DNA of 22,110 nt, taken from NCBI GenBank assembly GCA_938091905.1, contig CALKOM010000116.1, positions 1-22,110 on the forward strand, written 5' to 3'. The stretch comes from an uncultured Verrucomicrobiales bacterium (GTDB lineage Bacteria; Verrucomicrobiota; Verrucomicrobiia; Verrucomicrobiales; DEV007). Positions 9,258-17,922 of this stretch are shown here, piece by piece; position 1 is the first letter of the stretch; every line of letters starts with the position of its first letter. Made by a program: the position numbers and the translations under genes. Below the pieces are notes generated by a model that had not been told where the DNA came from, did not search any database, and worked only from the letters and a program-made list of their open reading frames with translations.

Positions 9258-9857
9258 CTAGCCACACACTTCGACCATCTTCCTTACGAAATCCAGGATG
9301 TCTAGACGCCCCGTTTGCGCTTTGGCAGAGCAGGTGAAATACGTGGGTTCGCCGTCGCAGCGTTCTGCTAGGGCATCCAGGAATGCACGGATATTCTTTT
9401 TCAATGGCCCCGCTTTGGCTTTGTCCGTCTTCGTAAAGATCAGCGCAAACGGAATCTGGCAGTCCACGACCCATTCAATGAAATCCAAATCGAGCGTCTG
9501 AGGTGGGATCCTGGAATCAATAAGAATGAAGACACCAAGAAGGTTGGGACGATTAACCAAGTAATCAGAGACGAACTCGTTGAACTTCCCTCGATTTGCA
9601 CGGGAGCGCTTCGCGTAGCCGTAGCCAGGAAGATCGACCATCGTCCAAGCATCGTTCATGCGGAAGAAGTTGATCAGCGTCGTGTGGCCCGGCGTCTGTG
9701 ACACCTTGGCCAGCCCTTTGCGAGCAGCCAAGAAATTCACCAGCGACGACTTACCCACATTAGACCGCCCAATGAAGGCGACTTCTCCCATGGGCGACTC
9801 GGGACACGAAGCCAGGTCGGGAGCGCTCTTGATAAACTGGGCAGACTTGATCTTCAT
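9258..9857 (-). CDS. engB: Ribosome biogenesis GTP-binding protein YihA/YsxC (EngB)
   Basis: G1 GRSNVGKSS, SQTPGHT, G3 DLPGYGYA, G4 TKTDK. The family-typical start MKIKSAQF is at 9857. Confidence 0.95.
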   Translation of the reverse strand: MKIKSAQFIKSAPDLASCPESPMGEVAFIGRSNVGKSSLVNFLAARKGLAKVSQTPGHTTLINFFRMNDAWTMVDLPGYGYAKRSRANRGKFNEFVSDYLVNRPNLLGVFILIDSRIPPQTLDLDFIEWVVDCQIPFALIFTKTDKAKAGPLKKNIRAFLDALAERCDGEPTYFTCSAKAQTGRLDILDFVRKMVEVCG

Positions 9858-9931
9858 GAAGGTGCCGGAATCTCGGCTCTCTACGATAATCCGCAACAAC
9901 CGTGCTTGGAATAGTCCTCCCCTCGAGATTA

Positions 9932-10729
9932 TCACTCGCCTTCTTGGCAAGTTGGACACCAACAGGTCGTGCGTCCACCGACAGTTTCACGGACAAGCGG
10001 TGCGCCACAGGGACACGTTCCCCCATCTTTCCACCGGTGATTGAAGAGCCAGGTGTTCGGCGGCGTGTTCCAGTCGGTCGCGATGACCCTCATGGCTTGA
10101 CGACACACCAAGCGAAGCTTCGTCCACAGTTGCGCCGTCTCAGATTCGCTCAACGTCCCCGCACGTCGACGCGGATCGAACTGGCACCGCCAAAGGATCT
10201 CATCCGCCATCCAATTGCCGACACCAGGAAACGTCTCTTGCATGAGCAGAACCGCCTTGAGCGGACTGCGGGCCCGTCGCTTTAAGAACTCCGATAGTCG
10301 GGACTTTGTGAACCGCGAGTCCAAGACTTCGGGCGGCAGACTCGCCCAGAACATGTCGAATGCAGCACCATCGTAATTCTGCCAGTGGCCGAACATTCTA
10401 GGGTCTGTGAACACGAGCTGCTGCTTTGCTTGCTGAAAGACGAGATGATCATGCTTCTCAGGAATGTAGTTCTTGGGAGCGACCCAGAGCTTGCCCGTCA
10501 TGCCAAGATGGCCTGACAACCACACATTACCAAACCGGAAGAACATTTGCTTGCCGTGGGTACGCCATTCCTTGTAACGCGAACCCTTGATGAGAAGCGC
10601 CAATCGGCCCGGTTGCTCCATGTCACGGAAGACCCGAGCCTTCGGATGAATCTCGACATTCTTCGCCGCCTGCCCCAAACCGGTAGCCCATTGTTTGGCA
10701 TAGTAAGCCACTTCCGCTAGTTCAGGCAT
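9932..10729 (-). CDS. Fpg/Nei family DNA glycosylase/AP lyase
   Basis: N-terminal MPELAEV (catalytic Pro/Glu), HLGMTG, DPRMFG, H2TH motif LKAVLL..GVGNWMADEILW, C-terminal zinc finger CPC..GGRTT..CPTCQ. Confidence 0.92.
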   Translation of the reverse strand: MPELAEVAYYAKQWATGLGQAAKNVEIHPKARVFRDMEQPGRLALLIKGSRYKEWRTHGKQMFFRFGNVWLSGHLGMTGKLWVAPKNYIPEKHDHLVFQQAKQQLVFTDPRMFGHWQNYDGAAFDMFWASLPPEVLDSRFTKSRLSEFLKRRARSPLKAVLLMQETFPGVGNWMADEILWRCQFDPRRRAGTLSESETAQLWTKLRLVCRQAMRVIATDWNTPPNTWLFNHRWKDGGTCPCGAPLVRETVGGRTTCWCPTCQEGE

Positions 10730-10746
10730 CGGTCAAAGTGATTCAG

Positions 10747-12015
10747 CTAGGCAATGGCCATTTCTTCCGGCGGATCCACACCCCAAATCAGATGTTTCGA
10801 GGAGAATTGCAACAAATGGCGACTGTATGCTCGCGTTGTCCAAGCGCCCGCCGCCATGCAAGCGATGTGGGAATTCATATGTCGCTGTAACAGCAACGCT
10901 ACTGGATTGGAATGCATTTGCATGATCTTCTCCCCAGCAGCTTGTAGCGAAAAGATGCGACCGTCATAGAACAACTCGATCAGTTCTGTCCACGCCTCCA
11001 ACCAATCATCAAATTTCCGCTGATAGCCACGCAGGGCACGTAAGGGTGGCCCATCCGGATAGCGAATAAAGATGTCGGCCAAGATACTAGCAGATTTCAT
11101 CGCCATGAAGAGCCCTGGCGAAAGCATGGGATCGACAAACCCATAGGCATCGCCCAACTGCACCCAACCGGGACCGAATGCCTGCTCAGAGACGAGCTGA
11201 TAGTTCGCGTAGCTCTTCACCGAGGAGACCCGCTTTGCAGAAGCCACCGCTTCCGATAGATAGGGATCTCGCTGGATTGCTGCCACAAGGCGATCTTCAG
11301 AAGTCGCTCCCAGAGCCTCAGCGGCGGACCTGTCGAGGACGACTCCGATAGACATCCGTCCATCTGGAAGCGGAATGCGCCAACTCCAACCATGCTCAAG
11401 TCTGGTGATGATCACCTGACCTAGCGCTTTCGGATGATGACAGCCCTCAAAGTGGGCAAAGTAAGCGATATCCCGTCGAGGCCCCTCCTTGGATGGCAGA
11501 TTCAGGGTCCGTGAGAAGAGCCGATTCCGCCCCGAGGCATCGATGAGCCAATCTGGCTGTCGCCCCTCGAAACTAGGAGCCGCCGCCAGACTGTCCGGCG
11601 TAAGCTCGAGTCGCTCATCGCCAGCCTTCACGACCTTTGCCCGGTGCCTAACTTTTGTCACTCCCAGTTCGGCCGCGCGATCGGAAAGCAACCCGTCAAA
11701 AGCAGGGCGCGGCACATTATAGGCGTAGGTCGGAAGCACTCCCGACACGGGATCGAAGGTGAAATCCAAATCCTTCTCCGCCTTTGGATGCACGAAGGAG
11801 ACGCCCGGCTTCAGAGTAGCCATCTCCGCGACCCTCTCTTCCACGCCCAAACGTTGCAAGATTGGCACAATCGCCGGAATCAACGACTCACCAACGAGCA
11901 AATCAGGGGCTTTCTCGTCAGCGAAGAGGACAGGCTTGAGCCCACGCTGGGCTAGCAATCCCGCAAAGGTTGCTCCAGCGGGACCTCCTCCCAAGATCGC
12001 AACGGACATTGCCAT
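10747..12015 (-). CDS. FAD-dependent oxidoreductase, flavin-dependent halogenase-like
   Basis: GGGPAG FAD-binding motif, VGESLIP, Lys in LKPG, YNVPRPAFD, DASGR, GWSWRIPL (WxWxIP), GDAYGFVDPMLSPG. Confidence 0.8.
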   Translation of the reverse strand: MAMSVAILGGGPAGATFAGLLAQRGLKPVLFADEKAPDLLVGESLIPAIVPILQRLGVEERVAEMATLKPGVSFVHPKAEKDLDFTFDPVSGVLPTYAYNVPRPAFDGLLSDRAAELGVTKVRHRAKVVKAGDERLELTPDSLAAAPSFEGRQPDWLIDASGRNRLFSRTLNLPSKEGPRRDIAYFAHFEGCHHPKALGQVIITRLEHGWSWRIPLPDGRMSIGVVLDRSAAEALGATSEDRLVAAIQRDPYLSEAVASAKRVSSVKSYANYQLVSEQAFGPGWVQLGDAYGFVDPMLSPGLFMAMKSASILADIFIRYPDGPPLRALRGYQRKFDDWLEAWTELIELFYDGRIFSLQAAGEKIMQMHSNPVALLLQRHMNSHIACMAAGAWTTRAYSRHLLQFSSKHLIWGVDPPEEMAIA

Positions 12016-12146
12016 GATTCAACCAATCGTATTCAGCACTGGAAGCAAGTCTTTCATCAACCATGCACAGCAATTCCAAATAGCGGAAATATACTATACA
12101 TTAAATTCCAAGTGATCCCAAATTAAACCGAAGGATCGCGAGCAGT

Positions 12147-12773
12147 TTACGGTGCTACCGCAGCTGGAGAGCCACCACCCATTGGCAGGAATACAGTACT
12201 TTTCGACGCGTGGAAGTCATCCACATAAGCCCCACCTTCGGGTGGGGCGTCATTCTCATTGGACACATTTACCGGGATAAGAGTCTCCTCCTCAACATCT
12301 TCCACCGGGTTCGTTGTTACTCGAGCAGCCGCCTTCTTCGTCGGTTCAGATGCCGTCGCCTGTCCGGGCGCAAATGGCAACGAGCCGCCTGTGAACAAGC
12401 TAAACAGGCAGAAGCAAAGGAATCCGAAGATGCCCACGAGCACGGGAGCGAGGACCAATGGGCTGCGCTGTCGCTGCCTTGGCTCAGGTCGCTCAGTGTC
12501 CTCTAAGCGAATGCGATTACTTCGAAAGATCGACTCTGAATCAGAAGCATATTCATCGAATTTGGCCAGAATATCTGAAACATTCAGGTTTAAGAATGAT
12601 CCATACGTCTTGACAAAACTTTTAGCATAAACAGGACTGTTAAAATTCCCATAATCGTCTGTCTCCAAAGAACGGATATTTGCCAACGAGATACGAGTCT
12701 CATTGGAGACCTGTTCTTCAGTTAGACCATGCTGGAGACGTGCTTCGCGAAGTCGGTGACCGAGACTTGCCAT
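12147..12773 (-). CDS. RodZ-like helix-turn-helix membrane protein
   Basis: N-terminal HTH_25-type domain (LGHRLREARL..VYAKSFVKTYGSFLNL) and a single TM segment. It sits directly downstream of ftsK, and the C-terminus is short and low-complexity. Confidence 0.8.
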   Translation of the reverse strand: MASLGHRLREARLQHGLTEEQVSNETRISLANIRSLETDDYGNFNSPVYAKSFVKTYGSFLNLNVSDILAKFDEYASDSESIFRSNRIRLEDTERPEPRQRQRSPLVLAPVLVGIFGFLCFCLFSLFTGGSLPFAPGQATASEPTKKAAARVTTNPVEDVEEETLIPVNVSNENDAPPEGGAYVDDFHASKSTVFLPMGGGSPAAVAP

Positions 12774-12806
12774 TGGGAATGGTAGGTTAAAAGTTAACCA
12801 AGCAAT

Positions 12807-15725
12807 TTAATAGTGTGATTCATCGCCGAAGTTGTCCATTAAAATCTCACGTGGTTTAGCACCTTCTCCAGGTCCGACATGACCACGTTCTTCCAAGATA
12901 TCCATCATGCGCGCTGCTCGCGTATAACCTAAGCCTAAACGACGCTGCATCAGTGAGGTCGACGCGCGCTTTTCTTGCCGGATCACCTCCAAGCACTTTG
13001 CCAGGATTTCCTCATCTTCGTCTGACACATTGCTCTCTGAGTTCGACTTCCCGTCCAATGTCTCTTGAACTTCCTGCTCATAAACCGGTTCACCTTGCTC
13101 ACGGCAGTAGTCAACCAGATCCTGAATCTCATCATCCGAGATGAGAGCCCCTTGCGATCTTACCAACCGAGCGGTACCAGGAGGCAGGTAAAGCATGTCT
13201 CCTTTGCCCACCAAGCGGTCGGCTCCCTTCTCATCCAGAATGACCCGGCTATCGATCCCAGAAGACACTTGGAAGGCGATTCTACAAGGGATATTCGCCT
13301 TAATCGTGCCCGTAATGACCTCCGCTCGTGGGGTCTGGGTGGCCACGATCAGATGGATCCCAGCAGCCCTCGCCATCTGGGTGATTCGGCCGATAGCCAG
13401 CTCTACATCAGCCGGGGCGGTCTGCATGAGGTCGGCCAGCTCGTCAATAATGACGACAATATAGGGCAGCGTGTCCGGCATTTCCGGCTCCTCCGGAGAG
13501 GCAAATTCATGGGGAGGCAACGACCCGTCATCAAGCTCTTCGTCGCCGTCTCCCTCCTCTCGGGCTTCCATCTCTCGCTCGGCATCAGCAAAGGCTTCCG
13601 AGAGATCCTCCCCCTCATTGATACTCACGGAGTGGACGAAGAAGGGCGGTGCATCCTCATCTTCAGGGATCTGATCTGATGCCATCGACGACTCGGAATC
13701 AGCCACGGCACCTTGAGTCTCATCTGGGTTAACTAATTCAGGGCTAACCAACCCCTCACTAACATCTTTACCAGCGCCTTCACCAAAACTATCCTCGTCC
13801 TCTGGATCTTTCATTGCAAGATCAGTTTCTTTCACAGAAACGGAACCGGCGTTGTCTGCCCTACGAGATGCCGCTCTCTCTGGCTTCTTGGGAGCCTTGT
13901 CTCTGTCCCGCGAATTGAAGGCATCAAAGTTTCGTTTGCCGGCCTTGGCGAAGAGCTTGTAGCGGCGCTCCATCTCCTTGACGACCCAACGCAATGCCAG
14001 AATAACTTTCTTAGGGTCCGTGACAACAGGGACCACAAGATGCGGAAGGTCATTGTAGACCTGCATTTCCACAACCTTCGGGTCGATCATAATGAACCGT
14101 AATTGCTCGGGAGAGAACTGGAACAGCAGGCTCGCAACAATCGAATTTATACAGACACTCTTACCGCTACCCGTTGCTCCAGCGACGAGGAGATGCGGCA
14201 TGGAGGCGAGATCGGCCAGCACCGCATTCCCGTACACGTCTTTTCCTAACGCTAGAGGAATCTTAAAATCTGTGTCCCGGAAAGCGGGATCGTCCATCAG
14301 TTCACGAAGAGGGACGGGCACCTTGATCTTGTTCGCAATCTCGATTCCTACGGTGTCCTTACCCGGAATTGGAGCGATGATATTGATTCTCTCCGCCTTG
14401 GTCGCCCGAGCAATATCCGGCTCTAAGGTGGCAATCCGGCTCACTCTGAGCCCTTTCGACGGATAGATCTCGTAACGAGTAATCGTTGGGCCCCGGGTGA
14501 TATCTCCCGGGAAGACTTCCAAACCGAAGGTCCCCAAAGTTTCCACGATAATATTCTGATTCCGCAGCAGGGCGCTGCTATCAGCGGGCATCGCCACGGA
14601 TTCCTCGTCGAAGTTGAGAAGGTCGAGCGGAGGTAATTTGTAGCCCTCAAAACTCACACCTTGGAAACTCGCCCGCACGGGAAGTGTAGCTTCCTCGGAC
14701 GTGGCGACACGCTTCGGACGACGGGCCGATCCATCAATGATCTTTGGAACCGGCGTCGCCTCTTCCTGCTCGTCTTCGGTATCTTCGTCGACCTCAGGTT
14801 CAACTTCCTCCTCTTCGGCCTCGGGTTCATCGGCGGCTTTCTTCTTCGCGCGCTTCTTTTTAGCTTTTCCAGTGAAGGCCGCCTCTTCCGGCGGATCATT
14901 CTCCGCGACCATTTCCCATTCCTCATCGTCTTCGCCGTCTCCGTCCTGTTCTTCTAGCGCCTCATCGGCTGCAGCCGCAGCCTTCTTCTTGGGACGTTTC
15001 TTCGACTGTCGCACGGCCTTCTTGGCCTTGCGCTCCTCGATTGCGACACGTTCCAGCTCATCAGCTTTATCCCACTGACATTCTTTCCGCTTGGTTTGAA
15101 GAATCTCCCAGTCCTCCAGGCAACGGCGGACAAAGGTCATGGGATGAAATCCAGTCAGCATGACCAACCCGATTAAATAGGCTGGCAAGAGCAGGACTTG
15201 AGAGGCAAAGCCACCCACAAGCTTGTTCAACGCGCCTCCGATCAACGCTCCCAACTCGCCCCCCGGCTTGATGTTAAGCGTCTCGGCCCAGTCCTGGAAG
15301 AAGACTGACTGGGAGTGGGCAAGGCTCGCTCCAGCCAAGATGAAGATCGTCAGCCCACCAATCGTCCGCTGATTCAAAGGAATCTTGGCCACAAACCTAG
15401 ACAAACCAAACCAACACAGGCCAACAGCCACCAAATAGCTCGCAGCCCCCAACAAAAAGTAGTGAAACGCAGCAACGATAGCTCCAAGAACGCCCACCAA
15501 ATTATGGGGTGGGTTGTTGTACTGACTGTCCATGGAGAGAAATTTCACCCATGCTGGCACGTCATTCGGCGTATAAGAGACCAGAGCCAGGAGCAATAAG
15601 ATCCCCGCCCACAGAAGGCCAAACGTAACAATAGCACCGACAGGAGAATCCATCGGCGCTGTGGAGCGCGGTTTCACAGAGGATAACCGGCGCCGGGAAG
15701 CTTTCTTTCGCGGGCTACTTGGCAT
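12807..15725 (-). CDS. ftsK: DNA translocase FtsK
   Basis: N-terminal multi-TM domain, charged linker, alpha domain (GPTITRYE), Walker A AGATGSGKS, MIDPKVVEM, Walker B IIDELADLM, gamma domain (STSLMQRRLGLGYTRAARMMD). Confidence 0.97.
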   Translation of the reverse strand: MPSSPRKKASRRRLSSVKPRSTAPMDSPVGAIVTFGLLWAGILLLLALVSYTPNDVPAWVKFLSMDSQYNNPPHNLVGVLGAIVAAFHYFLLGAASYLVAVGLCWFGLSRFVAKIPLNQRTIGGLTIFILAGASLAHSQSVFFQDWAETLNIKPGGELGALIGGALNKLVGGFASQVLLLPAYLIGLVMLTGFHPMTFVRRCLEDWEILQTKRKECQWDKADELERVAIEERKAKKAVRQSKKRPKKKAAAAADEALEEQDGDGEDDEEWEMVAENDPPEEAAFTGKAKKKRAKKKAADEPEAEEEEVEPEVDEDTEDEQEEATPVPKIIDGSARRPKRVATSEEATLPVRASFQGVSFEGYKLPPLDLLNFDEESVAMPADSSALLRNQNIIVETLGTFGLEVFPGDITRGPTITRYEIYPSKGLRVSRIATLEPDIARATKAERINIIAPIPGKDTVGIEIANKIKVPVPLRELMDDPAFRDTDFKIPLALGKDVYGNAVLADLASMPHLLVAGATGSGKSVCINSIVASLLFQFSPEQLRFIMIDPKVVEMQVYNDLPHLVVPVVTDPKKVILALRWVVKEMERRYKLFAKAGKRNFDAFNSRDRDKAPKKPERAASRRADNAGSVSVKETDLAMKDPEDEDSFGEGAGKDVSEGLVSPELVNPDETQGAVADSESSMASDQIPEDEDAPPFFVHSVSINEGEDLSEAFADAEREMEAREEGDGDEELDDGSLPPHEFASPEEPEMPDTLPYIVVIIDELADLMQTAPADVELAIGRITQMARAAGIHLIVATQTPRAEVITGTIKANIPCRIAFQVSSGIDSRVILDEKGADRLVGKGDMLYLPPGTARLVRSQGALISDDEIQDLVDYCREQGEPVYEQEVQETLDGKSNSESNVSDEDEEILAKCLEVIRQEKRASTSLMQRRLGLGYTRAARMMDILEERGHVGPGEGAKPREILMDNFGDESHY

Positions 15726-15742
15726 GTCGAAACTATTAGCCC

Positions 15743-15770
15743 ATCTTAATTACGAGCATCTCTGTTGCAA
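15743..15770 (-). promoter_or_regulatory. Putative sigma70-type promoter for ftsK (TTGCAA-N16-TAAGAT)
   Basis: Pattern read on the minus strand in the 60-bp divergent gap, 17 nt upstream of the ftsK ATG. Motif match only. Confidence 0.35.
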
Positions 15771-15785
15771 GGCGAATACCCGTTC

Positions 15786-16430
15786 ATGAAGCCCCCTCTC
15801 ATTGTCGTCTTCCTCAAATGGCCCAAGCCCGGGTACGTAAAGACACGGCTGGCGTCAAAAGTAGGCAATGCGAAAGCCGTTACCATCTATAAAGCTCTGG
15901 TCCGCGCAGTCGGCCTGCGACTCGCTCAGTGTCAGAAAGAACATTTGGCGATTTGCTACGCGCCGGCCTCCGAGGCTGACTCCATCCAACGATGGATCGC
16001 GGACGATGTCTTCCGGGAATGCGAGATCCAGCACTGGTGGCCTCAACCAGAAATGGACCTCGGTGGTCGCCAGGCTGCCGCCGTGGAGAAAGCATTCGCC
16101 CTGAACTACGAGTCCGTTGCCCTCATTGGCACAGATTGCATTGACCTCGACGCCGACACCTTTGCCCGGACCTGGACAGCGCTAGATGAGGGAGCCGGCT
16201 GGGTCTTCGGTCCCGCAAACGATGGCGGCTACTACCTCGGTGCCACGAAACAAGGAGCCGCCAATGCCGAATCCGTCTTTGCCAAGGTCCGCTGGAGCTC
16301 CGAGCACACGCTTTCCGATTGCCAAAAGAACATCACCTCTCGAGACAGCTCGTTCTTTACTATAGAAACTCTAGCAGATGTTGATGAATATGATGATTGG
16401 CAGTTGGTGAAGAATCGCTTACCTAGTTAA
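15786..16430 (+). CDS. DUF2064 / TIGR04282 family nucleotide-diphospho-sugar-transferase-fold protein
   Basis: FLKWPKPGYVKTRLA, Q..DLGGR, LIGTDC, VFGPANDGGYYLGA, WSSEHTL, LADVDEYDD. The ATG at 15786 is preferred over the TTG at 15765. Confidence 0.88.
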   Translation: MKPPLIVVFLKWPKPGYVKTRLASKVGNAKAVTIYKALVRAVGLRLAQCQKEHLAICYAPASEADSIQRWIADDVFRECEIQHWWPQPEMDLGGRQAAAVEKAFALNYESVALIGTDCIDLDADTFARTWTALDEGAGWVFGPANDGGYYLGATKQGAANAESVFAKVRWSSEHTLSDCQKNITSRDSSFFTIETLADVDEYDDWQLVKNRLPS

Positions 16431-16432
16431 TC

Positions 16433-17404
16433 ATGGAAAGATCACCTTGGACGGAACCCATCGTCTTCGCCCCAGTCTATAAGGAGAAGGTTTGGGGTGG
16501 TCGCAGTTTAGAGTCCGTTTATGGACGCCAACTTCCCAATGGCACGAATTATGGCGAAGCTTGGGAGCTGGTCGACCGCGAGAACGAACACGTCACCATT
16601 CAGAATGGCTCTGCCGCCGGTAAGACCTTGCATGATCTCTGGTCTGATCAACGCACCACGGTCTTCGGTCCAGCGTTCACAAATCATCCGTCCGAACGCT
16701 TCCCGCTCTTGGTGAAGATCCTTGATGCCCGAGACGATCTTTCGATCCAAGTCCATCCTCCCGCTTCCGTCGCCTCCTCCCTGCAGGGAGAGCCCAAGAC
16801 AGAGATGTGGTACATTGCCCACGCCGAACCCGGCGCAAAACTCTACGTCGGTCTCAAAGCAGGCGTCACACGAGAAGACTTTCAAGCTGGTATTGATCGT
16901 GGCGACACCCGAGACCAGGTCCACGCCATCACGCCAGAGAAGGGCGACTTCATCTTTATTCCGAGTGGTCGCCTTCACGCCATTGGTGCCGGCCTCCTCA
17001 TCTACGAGATCCAGCAGAATAGCGATACGACCTACCGGGTCTTCGACTGGAACCGCCCAGGCACGGACGGGAAACCTCGTGACCTACATGTCTCCGAGTC
17101 CTTACAGTGCATCGATTTCGAGGACATCGAACCGCAAATGGATACCCCGCAAGGCGACACCCTCGTCGACTGCGAATACTTCCAAGTGCTTCGTCGCACT
17201 CTATCACCAACACAACCAATCGCGGCAACACCTCAGGACCAAGCAGCCATTGTGACTGTCGTCGCAGGTACGGTCACGTCCGGGCATCATCGATTCAAGC
17301 CAGGCGACTTCTTTCTCATCCCAGCCCTTGCCACGGATGAGGTGCGCAATCTAGTGACCCAAGACGAAGAAGCTGAAGTCCTTCTCACTTGGCTTCCCTT
17401 CTAG
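16433..17404 (+). CDS. manA: Mannose-6-phosphate isomerase, class I (cupin)
   Basis: KVWGG, FPLLVKILDA..LSIQVHP, KTEMWYI, GRLHAIG, EIQQNSDTTYRVFDW. Confidence 0.9.
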   Translation: MERSPWTEPIVFAPVYKEKVWGGRSLESVYGRQLPNGTNYGEAWELVDRENEHVTIQNGSAAGKTLHDLWSDQRTTVFGPAFTNHPSERFPLLVKILDARDDLSIQVHPPASVASSLQGEPKTEMWYIAHAEPGAKLYVGLKAGVTREDFQAGIDRGDTRDQVHAITPEKGDFIFIPSGRLHAIGAGLLIYEIQQNSDTTYRVFDWNRPGTDGKPRDLHVSESLQCIDFEDIEPQMDTPQGDTLVDCEYFQVLRRTLSPTQPIAATPQDQAAIVTVVAGTVTSGHHRFKPGDFFLIPALATDEVRNLVTQDEEAEVLLTWLPF

Positions 17405-17414
17405 GACCTCACGA

Positions 17415-17771
17415 CTAGCCAAGGTCTGACCAAACAGCTAATTCGTTGCCGCTTGGTTCTGTAAACTGAAATCGTCTCCCACCAGGAAACGAGAACATTG
17501 ATTTGTCGATCATGCCGCCAACGTCTTGCACCTTGCCAGGGCGCTCTTAAGGTACTTGATAGAGGAAACGATCAAGGCGCGACAAGTCTCTTTGGTCGAT
17601 GCTTGGTCTGCTCTAAAGAAGCCTCCATCCAAGCCCTCACCAGGAATGGCCGTGTAGTCAGGACCAAAGTCTTCAAAAGTCCAACCGAACCCTTTTAAAA
17701 AGAAGGCTTTGGTGGAGTCTAAATCGTTAGCAAGAAACCCGACATAGTTGATCTTCTCATGCTCGTTTCAT
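17415..17771 (-). pseudogene. VOC/glyoxalase (bleomycin-resistance-like) family pseudogene with two frameshifts
   Basis: Manual translation gives HEKINYVGFLANDLDSTKAFFLKGFGWTFEDFGPDYTAIPGEGLDGGFFRAD...ALIV, then after a frameshift near 17532 VQDVGGMIDKSMFSFPGGRRFQFTEPSGNELAVWSDLG*. The ATG at 17771 is out of frame with the first block (ATG AAA CGA GCA TGA). Not in the ORF track. Confidence 0.85.
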
Positions 17772-17922
17772 TGACTACCTTAAACAACGCTTGAGCTTCT
17801 AAAACCAAAACATGGTAAAACGCGCCAACGCACATTGACGTGTGTAGCGCGGCCTTCTAGGTCGTGAATCGGACCGGAACGCCGCCCTACCTTAAGCCTA
17901 CTTCTTCCAAGAAATCTTCGCC

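Noticed and set aside
9858..9962. N-terminal extension of EngB
   Set aside because: It overlaps the Fpg/Nei 3' end, and the family-typical start MKIKSA is at 9857.
13470..13910. Intein in FtsK
   Set aside because: No N-terminal Cys/Ser splicing block, no terminal His-Asn and no LAGLIDADG motif. The composition is that of a disordered acidic loop.
15786..16430. Arsenosugar biosynthesis cluster
   Set aside because: Only the TIGR04282-type gene is present. No arsM, arsS radical SAM or TIGR04283 partner is in the window.
17498..17698. Small Cys-rich ORF (CRSC..CLVC) resembling a zinc ribbon
   Set aside because: It is exactly antisense to the recognisable VOC pseudogene, has a TTG start, and is probably a shadow ORF.
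17772..17922. LexA/SOS box or intact promoter upstream of ogt
   Set aside because: No TGTTC-N4-GAACA-type palindrome was seen. TTGACG-N17-TAGGTC (17835-17863) lacks the conserved final T of the -10 element and is too weak to call.
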